Positions 11,579-21,429 of a stretch of DNA of 64,000 nucleotides are shown one piece after another. Position 1 is the first letter of the stretch. The number at the start of each line of letters is the position of its first letter. The position numbers were made by a program, and so were the translations under genes. The notes below the pieces were generated by a model. It worked only from the letters and a program-made list of their open reading frames with translations, was not told the origin of the DNA and did not search any database. Origin of the DNA: Microbacteriaceae bacterium (GTDB lineage: Bacteria > Actinomycetota > Actinomycetes > Actinomycetales > Microbacteriaceae); assembly GCA_947378555.1 (NCBI GenBank), contig CANCKM010000001.1:55372-119371 (forward strand), given 5' to 3'.

Positions 11579-11585
11579 ATTTGAC

Positions 11586-12173
11586 TCAAATCGATCTTGG
11601 TGGCGCTATGACACCATCGGGTATTTTTAGCTCGAGCAATTCTCGTGGCGGCACCGGGTCATCACCACGGAACACCACAATGCTGCGAAATAGATCATCA
11701 ATCGCAACGGCAGCCAGCGGGTCGGAAGTCGCCAGGCCTTCTACTATTCCGCGCAGAAACCAGCGTGGGCCGTCAACACCAATAAATCTCAGCACTCGAG
11801 GAAGCTCGGCAGAACCCTCCGCGCTTGGCATAGTTGCTAGAAGCTCTGGGCCGAAAACGCCAACCTGGTCGGTTGCACTGCCTCCCTGGTCGACGATGGA
11901 TGTCAGTAACTCTGCTCTGATTTCATGCCAAAGGCCGTCGTTCCTCGGGGCAGCGAATGCCTGCAACTGAAGCGTTGACCCAGACTGTTCAAGCGTGACG
12001 GCGACTACTCGCTGAGTGGACTCCTCGATTTCAAGTCGCAGCGCCAGTGTCTCTTGCCCGAATACTCTGAGCGAACCGAAATCAACAAAGGGTTTTACAT
12101 CCCTAACTTCATGTGAGTCGAGCGGCCCATTGAACTCACGATCAACTGGAGCCGATTTTGAAAAGTCTGTCAA
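11586..12173 (-). CDS. DUF3710 family protein
   Basis: GP.D, DFGSL, QAFAAPR..GLW and RFIGVDGPRWFLRG motifs. Confidence 0.85.
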   Translation of the reverse strand: MTDFSKSAPVDREFNGPLDSHEVRDVKPFVDFGSLRVFGQETLALRLEIEESTQRVVAVTLEQSGSTLQLQAFAAPRNDGLWHEIRAELLTSIVDQGGSATDQVGVFGPELLATMPSAEGSAELPRVLRFIGVDGPRWFLRGIVEGLATSDPLAAVAIDDLFRSIVVFRGDDPVPPRELLELKIPDGVIAPPRSI

Positions 12174-12177
12174 ATCT

Positions 12178-12612
12178 CTATTTCCTGCCTGTGGAGCCCA
12201 GGCCGTCTAGACCGCGATGGGATTGGGGTAGTTCTGAAACCTGGACGAAGGACGCCCTGAAAACCTCTTGAACTATCAGTTGAGCGATTCGATCCCCAAC
12301 ATTCACTTGAAAGGCCTCGTTTGAAGTGTTTAGCAGAGTCACTTGGATTTCTCCTCGATACCCAGCGTCTATGGTTCCCGGTGCATTTAGGACCGTGATT
12401 CCGTGCTTCGCCGCCAAACCCGATCGCGGATGCACCAGACCAACGAAACCGTCAGGCAGCGCAATGGAAACTCCTGTGCCCAACACTGCCCTCTCTCCAG
12501 GTTGGATTAGGCAAGTCTCGCGGCTCTTTAGATCCGCGCCAGCGTCACCAGGGTGAGAGTAGGTTGGCTCAAAACCCGGCTCAGTTAGGAGAAGAACAGT
12601 TATTTCATTCAT
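12178..12612 (-). CDS. dut: dUTP diphosphatase
   Basis: GDAGADL, PRSGLA, GTIDAGYRGE, RIAQL and RG..G.GSTG motifs. Confidence 0.96.
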   Translation of the reverse strand: MNEITVLLLTEPGFEPTYSHPGDAGADLKSRETCLIQPGERAVLGTGVSIALPDGFVGLVHPRSGLAAKHGITVLNAPGTIDAGYRGEIQVTLLNTSNEAFQVNVGDRIAQLIVQEVFRASFVQVSELPQSHRGLDGLGSTGRK

Positions 12613-12619
12613 TTGTTAG

Positions 12620-12629
12620 AGCGTAATCT
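12620..12629. promoter_or_regulatory. Overlapping divergent -10 elements (TAATCT on +, TACGCT on -) serving leaderless DUF3093 and dut
   Basis: TANNNT hexamers lie 6 and 7 nt before the two ATGs and share the TA at 12624-12625; the intergenic space is only 23 bp with no SD. Confidence 0.65.
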
Positions 12630-12635
12630 AAAACC

Positions 12636-13115
12636 ATGAACGAACGAGTGAATCCAGCAGCCCAAACAAGACCACTTCCGGACTACTTTGAGCGGGTGCT
12701 TCCAAGCCTTGGCAGTTTCCTTCCCACGCTTGCCGTCTTCCCTACGGTTCTGCTCGCCCTGTTCCCAATATCGCCAGTGATTGGCTACTTTGCGGGGGGT
12801 TTTCTTGGACTTCTGGCTCCAATTTTGATGATCACGATGTCACCAACCATAAAAATAGCCAACGGAATTCTCACGACTTCAAAGGCGAAGTTGCCGCTGG
12901 CTGTGATTTCGTCGGTCGCACTAATAGCGAAGGATCAGGCATTTGCCGAGCGAGGTCCCAAACTTGATGCCCGAGCCTTCGTAGTATTCCAGGCATCCGT
13001 GCCGGAACTCGTAAAAATCGAACTCAAGGATGAAAAAGACCCTACCCCCTACTGGCTTCTATCGACCAGAAGAGGCAGCGAAATAAAGCGGCTGATCGAG
13101 ATTTCGAAACCCTAA
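12636..13115 (+). CDS. DUF3093 family membrane protein
   Basis: Two TM helices, GP.LDARAF and DPTPYWLLSTR motifs; divergent from dut. Confidence 0.85.
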   Translation: MNERVNPAAQTRPLPDYFERVLPSLGSFLPTLAVFPTVLLALFPISPVIGYFAGGFLGLLAPILMITMSPTIKIANGILTTSKAKLPLAVISSVALIAKDQAFAERGPKLDARAFVVFQASVPELVKIELKDEKDPTPYWLLSTRRGSEIKRLIEISKP

Positions 13116-13132
13116 GTTTTACGAGGCTCGCT

Positions 13133-13447
13133 TTAGCTATCGCACTCGATGCAAACGTCGCCCGACTTATCGTGTCTTGATAGCAATGACTTACGGCGAA
13201 CTATGAAGCATTGCGAGCAAGTGAACTCGTCATCCTGAGGTGGCAAGAGCAACACTTCGAGATCCTCGGCGAGCTTGTCCGGGTTTATGAAGCCGGGTGT
13301 CAAATCGGAGTGAGAACCATCCAGTGAAAGATCAGTTTCATCTACGTCGCTTGGACCAGCAACTTTCTCGGTACCTCTGTCCTTAATGGCTTCAAGTGAC
13401 TCGGTATCTTCGTCTGATTTGCGCGGTGCGTCGTAATCGGTAGCCAA
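13133..13447 (-). CDS. DUF4193 family small acidic protein with a C-terminal CxxC...CxxC
   Basis: ATDYDAPRK N-terminus, P.Q.DEFTCSQCF and CIEC; TTG start at 13447 with a GAGGA SD. Confidence 0.85.
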   Translation of the reverse strand: MATDYDAPRKSDEDTESLEAIKDRGTEKVAGPSDVDETDLSLDGSHSDLTPGFINPDKLAEDLEVLLLPPQDDEFTCSQCFIVRRKSLLSRHDKSGDVCIECDS

Positions 13448-13640
13448 TCGCTTATCCTCTCGATAATGTGAAACAGGCGTGCATAGTGTGCAACATATAT
13501 CAGCAAATAGCAAGCATGCAACACCGGCATGCCCAAGAATTAGGCGAACCAAGCTTTATAAGTGGCGGCACACCAGTCATTAAGTAGGTCAATTTCGATG
13601 TTTCGTGGCAAACTTTGATTACGTCAGAAAGGACCAACAG

Positions 13641-14633
13641 ATGGATGACATCCGCTTTTTGGGAACAGACGGCGAATTCTTGGTCTTGGAGAGCGCCAAC
13701 GGAGAGAAATACCGGCTTCTGGTCGATGAATTCTTGCGCAAGGCGGTAAGACGTGACTCAGTGGTAGCGGTACCCGAAAACCTAATGTCGCCTCGAGCCA
13801 TTCAAACGGCTATTCGACGTGGTTCAACGATTGACGAGCTGGTAGCACAGTCGACCTCTTCTCGCTCTTACATCGAAAAGTTTGCAGCGCCGGTTTTAGA
13901 CGAGTTGCAGCACATAATCTCTAGCGCTCTGAGTGTTCGGGTTTCAATCGCTGGCGACCGCTTTAGCGAGAGCAGCCAGGCCGAATTCGGTGACATTCTT
14001 TCCGACCGCTTAACTCAGGCAGGAGCCATTGACGTCATTTGGTCCAGTAAGAAAAACGACCAAGACGTTTGGCTTATCAGTTGCTCATTCGACCACGCCA
14101 ATGGTCACAGCGTGGCTATATGGTCTTTCGTTCCAAAGCGTTTGGCCATAGCCGCAGAAAACGACGTTGCCGTTGCTCTTTCAAGTCAAAACGCAGTGCT
14201 GCCGAAACTTAAATCTCTGGACACTCCTCCAATACGTCCCGAACTCACCGAGAACCTGGCAGAGACAATTGAATTCAAGGGAGTAATCCCCTTTGGTCGA
14301 TCAACAGATTTGCCGACTGCAGTTGCACCTGTCGCCCATGATGCCACCGTCGTTGAGAGACCTGAGGCCGAGGTTGCCAATGAAACCGAAGACCTGTTGG
14401 AATCGCTTCGCCGCAAACGTGTGGAACGTGAGAACGCAACCGTTCAGAAGTCCACCGAAGTGCCTGACATAATCGAAGCGTTGCCCGCCAAGGCCCCGGA
14501 TAAGACATCGGGTGCGAAGAATTCCGAAACCAAGACAGCATCTGGAAAAACAGGCGCGGGTCACAAGCGCGGTCGACCAAGCATCCCAAGCTGGGATGAA
14601 ATAGTCTTTGGATCCAATAAGTCGGAAGAGTAA
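13641..14633 (+). CDS. sepH: Septation protein SepH (DUF3071)
   Basis: SPRAIQ..IR.G HTH, FAAPVLDE, and C-terminal R.SIPSWDEIVFG; AGGA SD before ATG 13641. Confidence 0.85.
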   Translation: MDDIRFLGTDGEFLVLESANGEKYRLLVDEFLRKAVRRDSVVAVPENLMSPRAIQTAIRRGSTIDELVAQSTSSRSYIEKFAAPVLDELQHIISSALSVRVSIAGDRFSESSQAEFGDILSDRLTQAGAIDVIWSSKKNDQDVWLISCSFDHANGHSVAIWSFVPKRLAIAAENDVAVALSSQNAVLPKLKSLDTPPIRPELTENLAETIEFKGVIPFGRSTDLPTAVAPVAHDATVVERPEAEVANETEDLLESLRRKRVERENATVQKSTEVPDIIEALPAKAPDKTSGAKNSETKTASGKTGAGHKRGRPSIPSWDEIVFGSNKSEE

Positions 14634-14687
14634 ACAGCCCTCCAAAGATTCCGGTGAAGGATATCGGGCTTCGTGCCGCCTACGGAG

Positions 14688-15830
14688 CTATGCGAAAGCC
14701 CCAAAACCCAATAGGGGAATTCTCAATTCTCGAGGGCTGATTGACCCGTGCTGGCCAATCATGTTGAGGCTTTTCGCTTTGGCAAATCTTCGATGATAAA
14801 GAGCAACATCGGCAAGACTTAGGATGCTGATTTGAGGCAGTCGAGCTTGAGCCTCGGTGGAAACCACCTTTCCGTACCAACCGGCGTCGATGATCGACTG
14901 AGTCTCACAAGCCACAACGGATGAACCGATGGCCACTTGCAACTCGAGGGCGAGTTCACGAAAACTCCTTTTGGGATCTGGCTCGAAATACAGATAGCTG
15001 ACTCTCGGGTCCCCGGCGGCCAATTCCAACCCCGATAACATCCCGTCATACTCATCCAAAAAAATGTGACGATTCGAAGCCACGTCGATGATTCCGTGAT
15101 CCGCGGTAAGCGAAAGCCCAGCACCCCTGGGGAGGTTTTGAACGGTTGATTTTAGGGCTCCATCAAGAATCTCCACTTGAGCTAGCCACTCCGAACTTTG
15201 CGACCCAAAAGCGTGAGCGGCTTGATCTAGTTCGGGCACGTAAAGATAAATCAGAGCATCGGTATTTCCGTGCAGCATTTTCTTAGCCAATTCAAATCTC
15301 TCGGAAATTGATTTTGCGACGAGGTAAGTTGCCGTTCGCATGGTCGCCCGCGTGAAACCGGAATCCTGATACTCCTTGGGACCAATCACATAACAAGCCA
15401 CCCCGGAGCTCAAAGCGGCTTCTGTGACGGTTGAACTTGGCTGCCATTTCAGGGGGTCAACGGTTGCGTTCCAACCGGTAAGAAGATTAACCGGCTTTCT
15501 GTCAGCCGGGTTCATCACCTGGTAACCCACAAGACCATGAGCCCCGGCCATCAAGCCAGTCGCAAAACTTGAGATGTTAGTCGCGGTCGTGCTCGGAAAA
15601 CCACAGGTGATTGAGCGCTGGGCCGCGAGCGTCTCATTGAGGAAGCGCGCGTGACCGGCCGCGTTTCTGATGTTTTCACTTCCAAGACCGTCAACCAATA
15701 CGGTGCAAACCCTTCGAGCCCTGGGAAGACCTAAGCGGTTATCCTTGCCCGTTATCGAGCCAAGGCTACTCACGAACACGTCCGAAAGCCTCCCGAGAGA
15801 TTTCGGAACTGAAGGTAGCATCGTATTCAT
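14688..15830 (-). CDS. Alkaline phosphatase superfamily nucleotide pyrophosphatase/phosphodiesterase
   Basis: VLVDGLG, FPSTT nucleophile, DQAAH, TADHG and GQHGS metal-ligand motifs. Confidence 0.85.
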   Translation of the reverse strand: MNTMLPSVPKSLGRLSDVFVSSLGSITGKDNRLGLPRARRVCTVLVDGLGSENIRNAAGHARFLNETLAAQRSITCGFPSTTATNISSFATGLMAGAHGLVGYQVMNPADRKPVNLLTGWNATVDPLKWQPSSTVTEAALSSGVACYVIGPKEYQDSGFTRATMRTATYLVAKSISERFELAKKMLHGNTDALIYLYVPELDQAAHAFGSQSSEWLAQVEILDGALKSTVQNLPRGAGLSLTADHGIIDVASNRHIFLDEYDGMLSGLELAAGDPRVSYLYFEPDPKRSFRELALELQVAIGSSVVACETQSIIDAGWYGKVVSTEAQARLPQISILSLADVALYHRRFAKAKSLNMIGQHGSISPRELRIPLLGFGAFA

Positions 15831-15874
15831 CGTCCTTAGTCTGCCACAGCAGCGCAAATCGACCCAGAGAGCTT

Positions 15875-18304
15875 ATGTCCGAGGAATCCAAGGTTTCCGA
15901 CTCAGTCGAGCGCATAACCGACATTGAATTATCCAAAGAAATGCAAGAGTCATTTCTCGAGTATTCGTACTCGGTTATCTACGCGAGAGCGCTGCCTGAT
16001 GCCCGTGACGGGCTAAAACCCGTCCATCGTCGCATTGTTTACCAGATGGGTGAGATGGGTTTGCGCCCAGATCGAGGTCACGTTAAGTCAGCCCGAGTCA
16101 CGGGTGAGGTGATGGGTAAGTTGCACCCACACGGTGATGGCGCGATTTACGATGCGCTTGTTCGCATGGCTCAACCGTTCAGCCTGCGGGTGCCACTCAT
16201 CGACGGGCATGGCAACTTTGGCAGCCTAGACGATGGCCCGGCGGCCGCTAGGTACACCGAGGTGCGATTGGCAGCCTCTGCGCTGCTCATGAACGAAGGC
16301 CTAGACGAAGACGTTGTCAACTTCAAACCAAACTACGATGCTCAACTCAGTGAGCCGGAAGTTTTGCCGGCGGCCTTTCCGAACCTACTAGTGAACGGGT
16401 CATCTGGCATCGCCGTTGGCATGGCAACCAACATGCCACCTCATAATCTGCGCGAGGTGATTGCCGGTGCCTGCTACCTGCTCGCCAATCCCGACGCGAC
16501 CACCCAGGATCTGATGAAGTTCATCCCTGGCCCAGATCTTCCAAACGGTGGAATCATCATGGGTTTGGATGGAGTTCGCGATGCCTACGAGACAGGGCGC
16601 GGAAGCTTCAAAACTCGAGCGCGGGTTTCGATTGAAAGCGTCTCCCCCAGAAAACTTGGCTTGGTTGTCACCGAACTTCCATATCTGGTTGGCCCGGAAA
16701 AAGTAATCGAGAAGATCAAGGACGGCGTCAACAACAAGAAACTTCAGGGAATCAGCGACGTCACCGACCTGACAGATCGTCACAACGGCCTTCGGTTGGT
16801 TATCGAGCTAAAAACCGGATTCGACCCGCAGGTTGTTCTCGATCTGCTTTACCGATTCACACCTCTCGAGGATTCATTCGGCGTCAACAACGTTGCACTG
16901 GTCGAAGGACGACCTCAGACCCTTGGCTTGCGCGATCTTCTCTCGGTCTACCTGAGCCATCGTCTAAGTGTCATCAGACGCCGAAGTGAGAACCGGCTCG
17001 GAAAGCGTAAGGCAAGACTTCACCTGGTTGAGGGCCTGCTCATTGCAATAGTTTCGATCGACGAAATTATCCAAATAATTCGAAGTAGCGAAGAGGTTGA
17101 CGAAGCGCGTCAACGGCTTATGCAGATCTTTGACCTTAGTGAGCTCCAAGCGGAATACATTCTTGAGTTGCGACTGCGAAGGTTGACAAAATTCTCAAGA
17201 ATTGAGCTTGAAACTGAACGCGAGCAGTTGCTTTTAGAAATCGCAGCCCTCGAGCGCATTCTCGGCAACAAACAGGTCCTTCGAGATTTGGTCACTTCAG
17301 AACTCAACGCCGTTGCCGACAAATACGGTGATGACCGCAGGACAACCCTGATGTCTGATGTGGCCGAAGTGAAACCTCTATCGATGGCCAAGGCGGCCAA
17401 CGTGAGCGCCCAGCTGGCCGACACCGCATGCACAGTCGTGCTAACCGCCACCGGCCTGGTGGGTCGCCTCGATCACTCGGACGAAGTGGCTGGCCCAGAC
17501 ATCAAACGTCACGCTCACGATGTAATCCTCACCCGCGTCACCACTTCCACAAGAACCGACGTGGGATTTGTCACCAGCAAGGGACGAATGCTTCGCATTC
17601 ACGCCAGCGACATTCCAAGCATGGGGATTCAATTTCAAGCAGGATCCGCCGTTGCAGTCCGAGGCTTCCTCGGCCTTCCAAAGGACGAAACGGTGCTAAC
17701 CGTCATCGCACTGATCGATGGCAACCAACTGGCACTTGGAACCAAACTCGGAGTGGTCAAACGCGTGCTGGACGAGTACCCGGCGAAGGATGAATTTGAA
17801 CTCATCTCGCTGAAACCCGGGGACAAACTGGTTGGAGCCGCTATTGCCAGTGACTCGAGTGAACTGGTTTTCATAACCTCCGACGCCCAACTGCTGCACT
17901 TTGATGCGGCGCAGGTGCGACCTCAGGGGCGGTTGGCAAGTGGCGTCGCCGGTATCAATCTCTCGGCCGGATCCACGGCTATCGCATTCAACGCGGTTGA
18001 AGACCTAGCGACGGCAGTGGTTTTGACCGCGGCAAACAGTTCGGCAGCTCTCCCAGGAACCGACCCCGGTTCGGTTAAGCTAACCGCGATGAGCGAATAC
18101 CCGGGCAAGGGCCGCGCAACGGGTGGCGTAAGAACTCACAAGTTCAATCGAAACGAAGATCAACTGTATGTGGCGATTGCGACCGAGGGGCCCAGAGCAG
18201 CAACCGCGGATTCAAAGCCGCTTCCAATCGACTCTGATCTCGCAAAACGCGATGCCTCGGGCAGCCCCTTAAAGGCCGTTATTGGCTCGGTTGGAACCGT
18301 TTAG
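15875..18304 (+). CDS. parC: DNA topoisomerase IV subunit A (GyrA/ParC family)
   Basis: [21 protein letters not shown], catalytic ARYTE; no GyrA-box visible; sits beside a ParE-like gene near sigA, the usual actinobacterial topo IV locus. Confidence 0.88.
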   Translation: MSEESKVSDSVERITDIELSKEMQESFLEYSYSVIYARALPDARDGLKPVHRRIVYQMGEMGLRPDRGHVKSARVTGEVMGKLHPHGDGAIYDALVRMAQPFSLRVPLIDGHGNFGSLDDGPAAARYTEVRLAASALLMNEGLDEDVVNFKPNYDAQLSEPEVLPAAFPNLLVNGSSGIAVGMATNMPPHNLREVIAGACYLLANPDATTQDLMKFIPGPDLPNGGIIMGLDGVRDAYETGRGSFKTRARVSIESVSPRKLGLVVTELPYLVGPEKVIEKIKDGVNNKKLQGISDVTDLTDRHNGLRLVIELKTGFDPQVVLDLLYRFTPLEDSFGVNNVALVEGRPQTLGLRDLLSVYLSHRLSVIRRRSENRLGKRKARLHLVEGLLIAIVSIDEIIQIIRSSEEVDEARQRLMQIFDLSELQAEYILELRLRRLTKFSRIELETEREQLLLEIAALERILGNKQVLRDLVTSELNAVADKYGDDRRTTLMSDVAEVKPLSMAKAANVSAQLADTACTVVLTATGLVGRLDHSDEVAGPDIKRHAHDVILTRVTTSTRTDVGFVTSKGRMLRIHASDIPSMGIQFQAGSAVAVRGFLGLPKDETVLTVIALIDGNQLALGTKLGVVKRVLDEYPAKDEFELISLKPGDKLVGAAIASDSSELVFITSDAQLLHFDAAQVRPQGRLASGVAGINLSAGSTAIAFNAVEDLATAVVLTAANSSAALPGTDPGSVKLTAMSEYPGKGRATGGVRTHKFNRNEDQLYVAIATEGPRAATADSKPLPIDSDLAKRDASGSPLKAVIGSVGTV

Positions 18305-20382
18305 GCGTCAATTCTTTCGCGCTCAAAACCATCCGCGGAATCAATGATGAAGTCACGCCTCGGGGCAACTTCGTTCCCCATCAGCAACTCGAAGACGGTT
18401 TCCGCAGCGGCGGCATCTTGAACTCGCACTCGGCGTAGGGCGCGGCGGTTTTTATCCATCGTCGTTTCCGCCAGCTGATCGGCATCCATTTCGCCGAGGC
18501 CCTTGTAACGCTGGATAGGTTCCTTGTAGCGCTTGCCAGCTTTCGCCAACTTGGCCAGCAGGGTCTCAAGCTCGCTCTGGGAGTAGGTGTAAAGCACCTC
18601 GTTAGCGCGACTGCCGGCATTGATTACCTCAACCCGGTGTAGCGGTGGAACGGCAGCATAAACCCGACCAGCCTCAACCAGGGGCCTCATGTACCTGAAG
18701 AACAGCGTGAGGAGAAGGGTTCTGATGTGTGCACCATCGACATCAGCATCGCTCATCAGAATGACCTTGCCGTAGCGAGCGGATTCGAGATCGAAACTGC
18801 GCCCGGAACCAGCACCAATCACCTGGATGATTGAAGCGCACTCGGTATTAGACAACATGTCGGCGATTGAAGCCTTTTGCACGTTGAGGATTTTGCCTCG
18901 GATAGGAAGCAAGGCTTGGTACTCGCTGTTTCGTGCCAACTTCGCTGTTCCAAGAGCCGAGTCACCCTCGACGATAAACAGTTCCGAGCCCGCGGTTTCT
19001 TGGGTCCTGCAGTCAACCAGTTTCGTCGGCAACGATGAATTCTCAAGTGCGTTCTTGCGACGCTGGGTTTCCTTATGCGACCGTGCAGAAACACGGGCTT
19101 TGGTCTCGGCCACGACCTTCTCGAGCAAAAGGCCGGTCTGAGCCTTGTCGTCTCGCTTGGTGCTGTCAAAACGTGCCGCCAAAGTGCTGGCAACTACGTT
19201 GGCCACTATGTTCTTGACCGCCGGGGTACCCAGAACCTCTTTGGTTTGCCCCTCAAACTGAGGTTCCGCTAACCGCACCGTGATGACTGCTGTTAGCCCA
19301 GCAAAGACGTCCTCTTTTTCCACCTTGTCGGTGCCCAGCTTCAGCTTCCTGGCGTTGGCGTCTACCTGAGCTCGAAGAACCTTCAAAAGGGCCTGCTCAA
19401 AGCCAACCAGGTGTGTGCCACCCTTCGGGGTGCTAATGATGTTCACGTATGACTTCACGGCGGTGTCGTAGCCGGTGCCCCAACGCACAGCAATGTCAAC
19501 CTGGCACTCACGCTCAACCTCTTGAGAAACCATGTTGCCACTTTGGTCAAGAACCGGAACGGTCTCGGTGAAACGACCCGAGCCTTCAAGTCGCCAAGTT
19601 GCGGTAACCGCCGGGTCAACGGCTAGGAAATCAACGTATTCGGTGATGCCACCCTCGTACTTGAATACCTGCTTGGTAGGCTCGCTGGCTCTAAAATCTT
19701 CGATGGATAGCGACAGCCCCGGAACCAGAAAAGCTGTTTGCCTGGAACGCTCAATGAGTTCCTCGGTCGAAAAGTGCGCGTCTTTGATAAAAATTTGCGG
19801 GTCAACCCAGTATCTAACCCTGGTTCCGGTGACGCCCTTTGCCACCTTTCCCTTTTCAATCAGGTGGCTGGCTGCCTCGAACGGGGCAAATGGGCTGGTA
19901 GCCGAGACCCCCTCAGAGTCGTCAAAGATTCCCGGCTCACCCCGTCGAAAGGACATGGTGTAAGTCTTGCCGTCTCGATCCACGGCCACGTCGAGCCGTT
20001 CTGAAAGTGCGTTCACTACCGATGCGCCGACTCCGTGCAGGCCACCAGATGCTGCGTAAGACCCAGATCCGAACTTTCCACCGGCGTGGAGTTTGGTGAA
20101 GACCACCTCGACACCGGTTAGCCCGGTCTTTGGTTCAATGTCGACTGGGATACCACGTGCAGTGTCTCGAACCTCAACACTGTTATCGGCGTGAAGGATG
20201 ACCTGGATCGTGTCACCGTGTCCGGCTAGGGCTTCATCGACCGAGTTGTCGATGACCTCCCAGAGGCAGTGCATGAGCCCACGACTGTCTGTCGAACCGA
20301 TGTACATGCCTGGACGCTTGCGCACAGCCTCGAGTCCCTCGAGAACAGAAAGATGGCGGGCTGAGTAGTCGGTATTAGGCAC
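18301..20382 (-). CDS. parE: DNA topoisomerase IV subunit B (GyrB/ParE family)
   Basis: EAVRKRPGMYIG, EVIDNSVDE, LHAGGKF, VEGDSA, PIRGKILN, DADVDG and QRYKGLGEM motifs; GTG start. Confidence 0.9.
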   Translation of the reverse strand: MPNTDYSARHLSVLEGLEAVRKRPGMYIGSTDSRGLMHCLWEVIDNSVDEALAGHGDTIQVILHADNSVEVRDTARGIPVDIEPKTGLTGVEVVFTKLHAGGKFGSGSYAASGGLHGVGASVVNALSERLDVAVDRDGKTYTMSFRRGEPGIFDDSEGVSATSPFAPFEAASHLIEKGKVAKGVTGTRVRYWVDPQIFIKDAHFSTEELIERSRQTAFLVPGLSLSIEDFRASEPTKQVFKYEGGITEYVDFLAVDPAVTATWRLEGSGRFTETVPVLDQSGNMVSQEVERECQVDIAVRWGTGYDTAVKSYVNIISTPKGGTHLVGFEQALLKVLRAQVDANARKLKLGTDKVEKEDVFAGLTAVITVRLAEPQFEGQTKEVLGTPAVKNIVANVVASTLAARFDSTKRDDKAQTGLLLEKVVAETKARVSARSHKETQRRKNALENSSLPTKLVDCRTQETAGSELFIVEGDSALGTAKLARNSEYQALLPIRGKILNVQKASIADMLSNTECASIIQVIGAGSGRSFDLESARYGKVILMSDADVDGAHIRTLLLTLFFRYMRPLVEAGRVYAAVPPLHRVEVINAGSRANEVLYTYSQSELETLLAKLAKAGKRYKEPIQRYKGLGEMDADQLAETTMDKNRRALRRVRVQDAAAAETVFELLMGNEVAPRRDFIIDSADGFERERIDA

Positions 20383-20535
20383 TTGAAAATCGTATCGGCG
20401 AATCGTGCGGATAAATAATCTGACACGGTCGCCGACACCGCCGAAAGAAATACTTCGCAGTTAGCGAAACTGGGGGTCCAGAGGGAAGTTTTGTCGGCGC
20501 AGTGTGTTGATATGTTCTTGTAGAAGGAGATTATT

Positions 20536-20763
20536 ATGCAGCCAACCGACCTAGATGATGACAACGAGATTGAAGAGTCTCTGGATCGCGACCTGACCGC
20601 CGCCGATCGTTGCGATGCTTGTGGAGCTCAGGCTTACATTCGCGTCACCCTTAGCACTGGGCAGCTTTTCTTCTGCGCTCACCACGGAAACGAGAACAAG
20701 CAGAAGCTCGAAGCGATTGCTCTCAACTGGCACGATGAAACCGAGAAGCTACTCGCTCGCTAG
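20536..20763 (+). CDS. Small conserved actinobacterial protein, probable Zn-binding (DRCDxCGAQAY...FCxHH)
   Basis: GAAGGAG SD; CxxC plus CxHH ligands; family typically found next to parE. Confidence 0.8.
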   Translation: MQPTDLDDDNEIEESLDRDLTAADRCDACGAQAYIRVTLSTGQLFFCAHHGNENKQKLEAIALNWHDETEKLLAR

Positions 20764-21429
20764 TTGACGCTCTAAGTTCCAAACGATTTCGAGATAACCG
20801 TCGATGACCCTTAGGTCAGAGGCGGTTTTTTCGTTTTCCGGTCGAGAATCCTCAACCCCCAACATCTCAACTATCCGAGCCACCAAAGCGGGATTTTTTG
20901 CTAGGACGGGGCCGTGGAGCATGCTGCCGATAACCCGGCCTTCGAGGCTCAACGCAGCAGCATTGGTGTCGGAGTTAATGTAGCCGAGCACCTCATGATC
21001 CAGGAAGTTTTCCTCTGCGGGAATCAAGATAAATTTCGAGACGCGCTCTTTGCTTCGGAGTTTAGGGAACGCTTGACTAATGGAGATTGAAATGTCGGGG
21101 ACAGACCCCAGATAATCTTTTGACTTCACATGAAGCGCTTCGAAACCAGAGCCAATCGCCAAAAGCAATGAACCAGCATCCAGCCACTCGCTGAGAACTG
21201 GTGCTAGGGGACTGAGGCTGGGTTTGAGTTCGTTCCAAGCGGCCACTGAGCCATGGCCGAGAAGAATTAAATCCGGACGGCTCGATTCGCTGCCAGGCAA
21301 AAGGGTCGTCACCTTCAACGTCACACCCAATGCTCGCAGGGCATGCTCTAGAACCGTCATGTTGCCTAGGTCCCCGTTGAGATTCAGGTGGTTCGGGAAG
21401 AGTAGCAGGGCTGAAATTTCACGGTTCAT
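20749..21429 (-). CDS. gatD: GatD/CobQ-like type 1 glutamine amidotransferase homologue lacking the catalytic Cys
   Basis: L.L.GD.GN N-terminus and LHGPVLAKNP C-terminal motif; nucleophile elbow reads AIGSGFE; ATGA-coupled to murT. Confidence 0.8.
   Translation of the reverse strand: MNREISALLLFPNHLNLNGDLGNMTVLEHALRALGVTLKVTTLLPGSESSRPDLILLGHGSVAAWNELKPSLSPLAPVLSEWLDAGSLLLAIGSGFEALHVKSKDYLGSVPDISISISQAFPKLRSKERVSKFILIPAEENFLDHEVLGYINSDTNAAALSLEGRVIGSMLHGPVLAKNPALVARIVEMLGVEDSRPENEKTASDLRVIDGYLEIVWNLERQLASE

Noticed and set aside
15875-20382. Calling these genes gyrA and gyrB
   Set aside because: No GyrA-box is visible and the locus is not the dnaA-linked gyrBA operon; topo IV fits better
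20422-20438. Two GACAC pentamers (WhiA-like sites) upstream of parE
   Set aside because: A 5-mer is too short to distinguish from chance without conservation data
20749-21429. gatD as a pseudogene or as a cobalamin CobQ
   Set aside because: The frame is intact, full length and coupled to murT; there is no CobQ synthetase domain and no cob genes nearby
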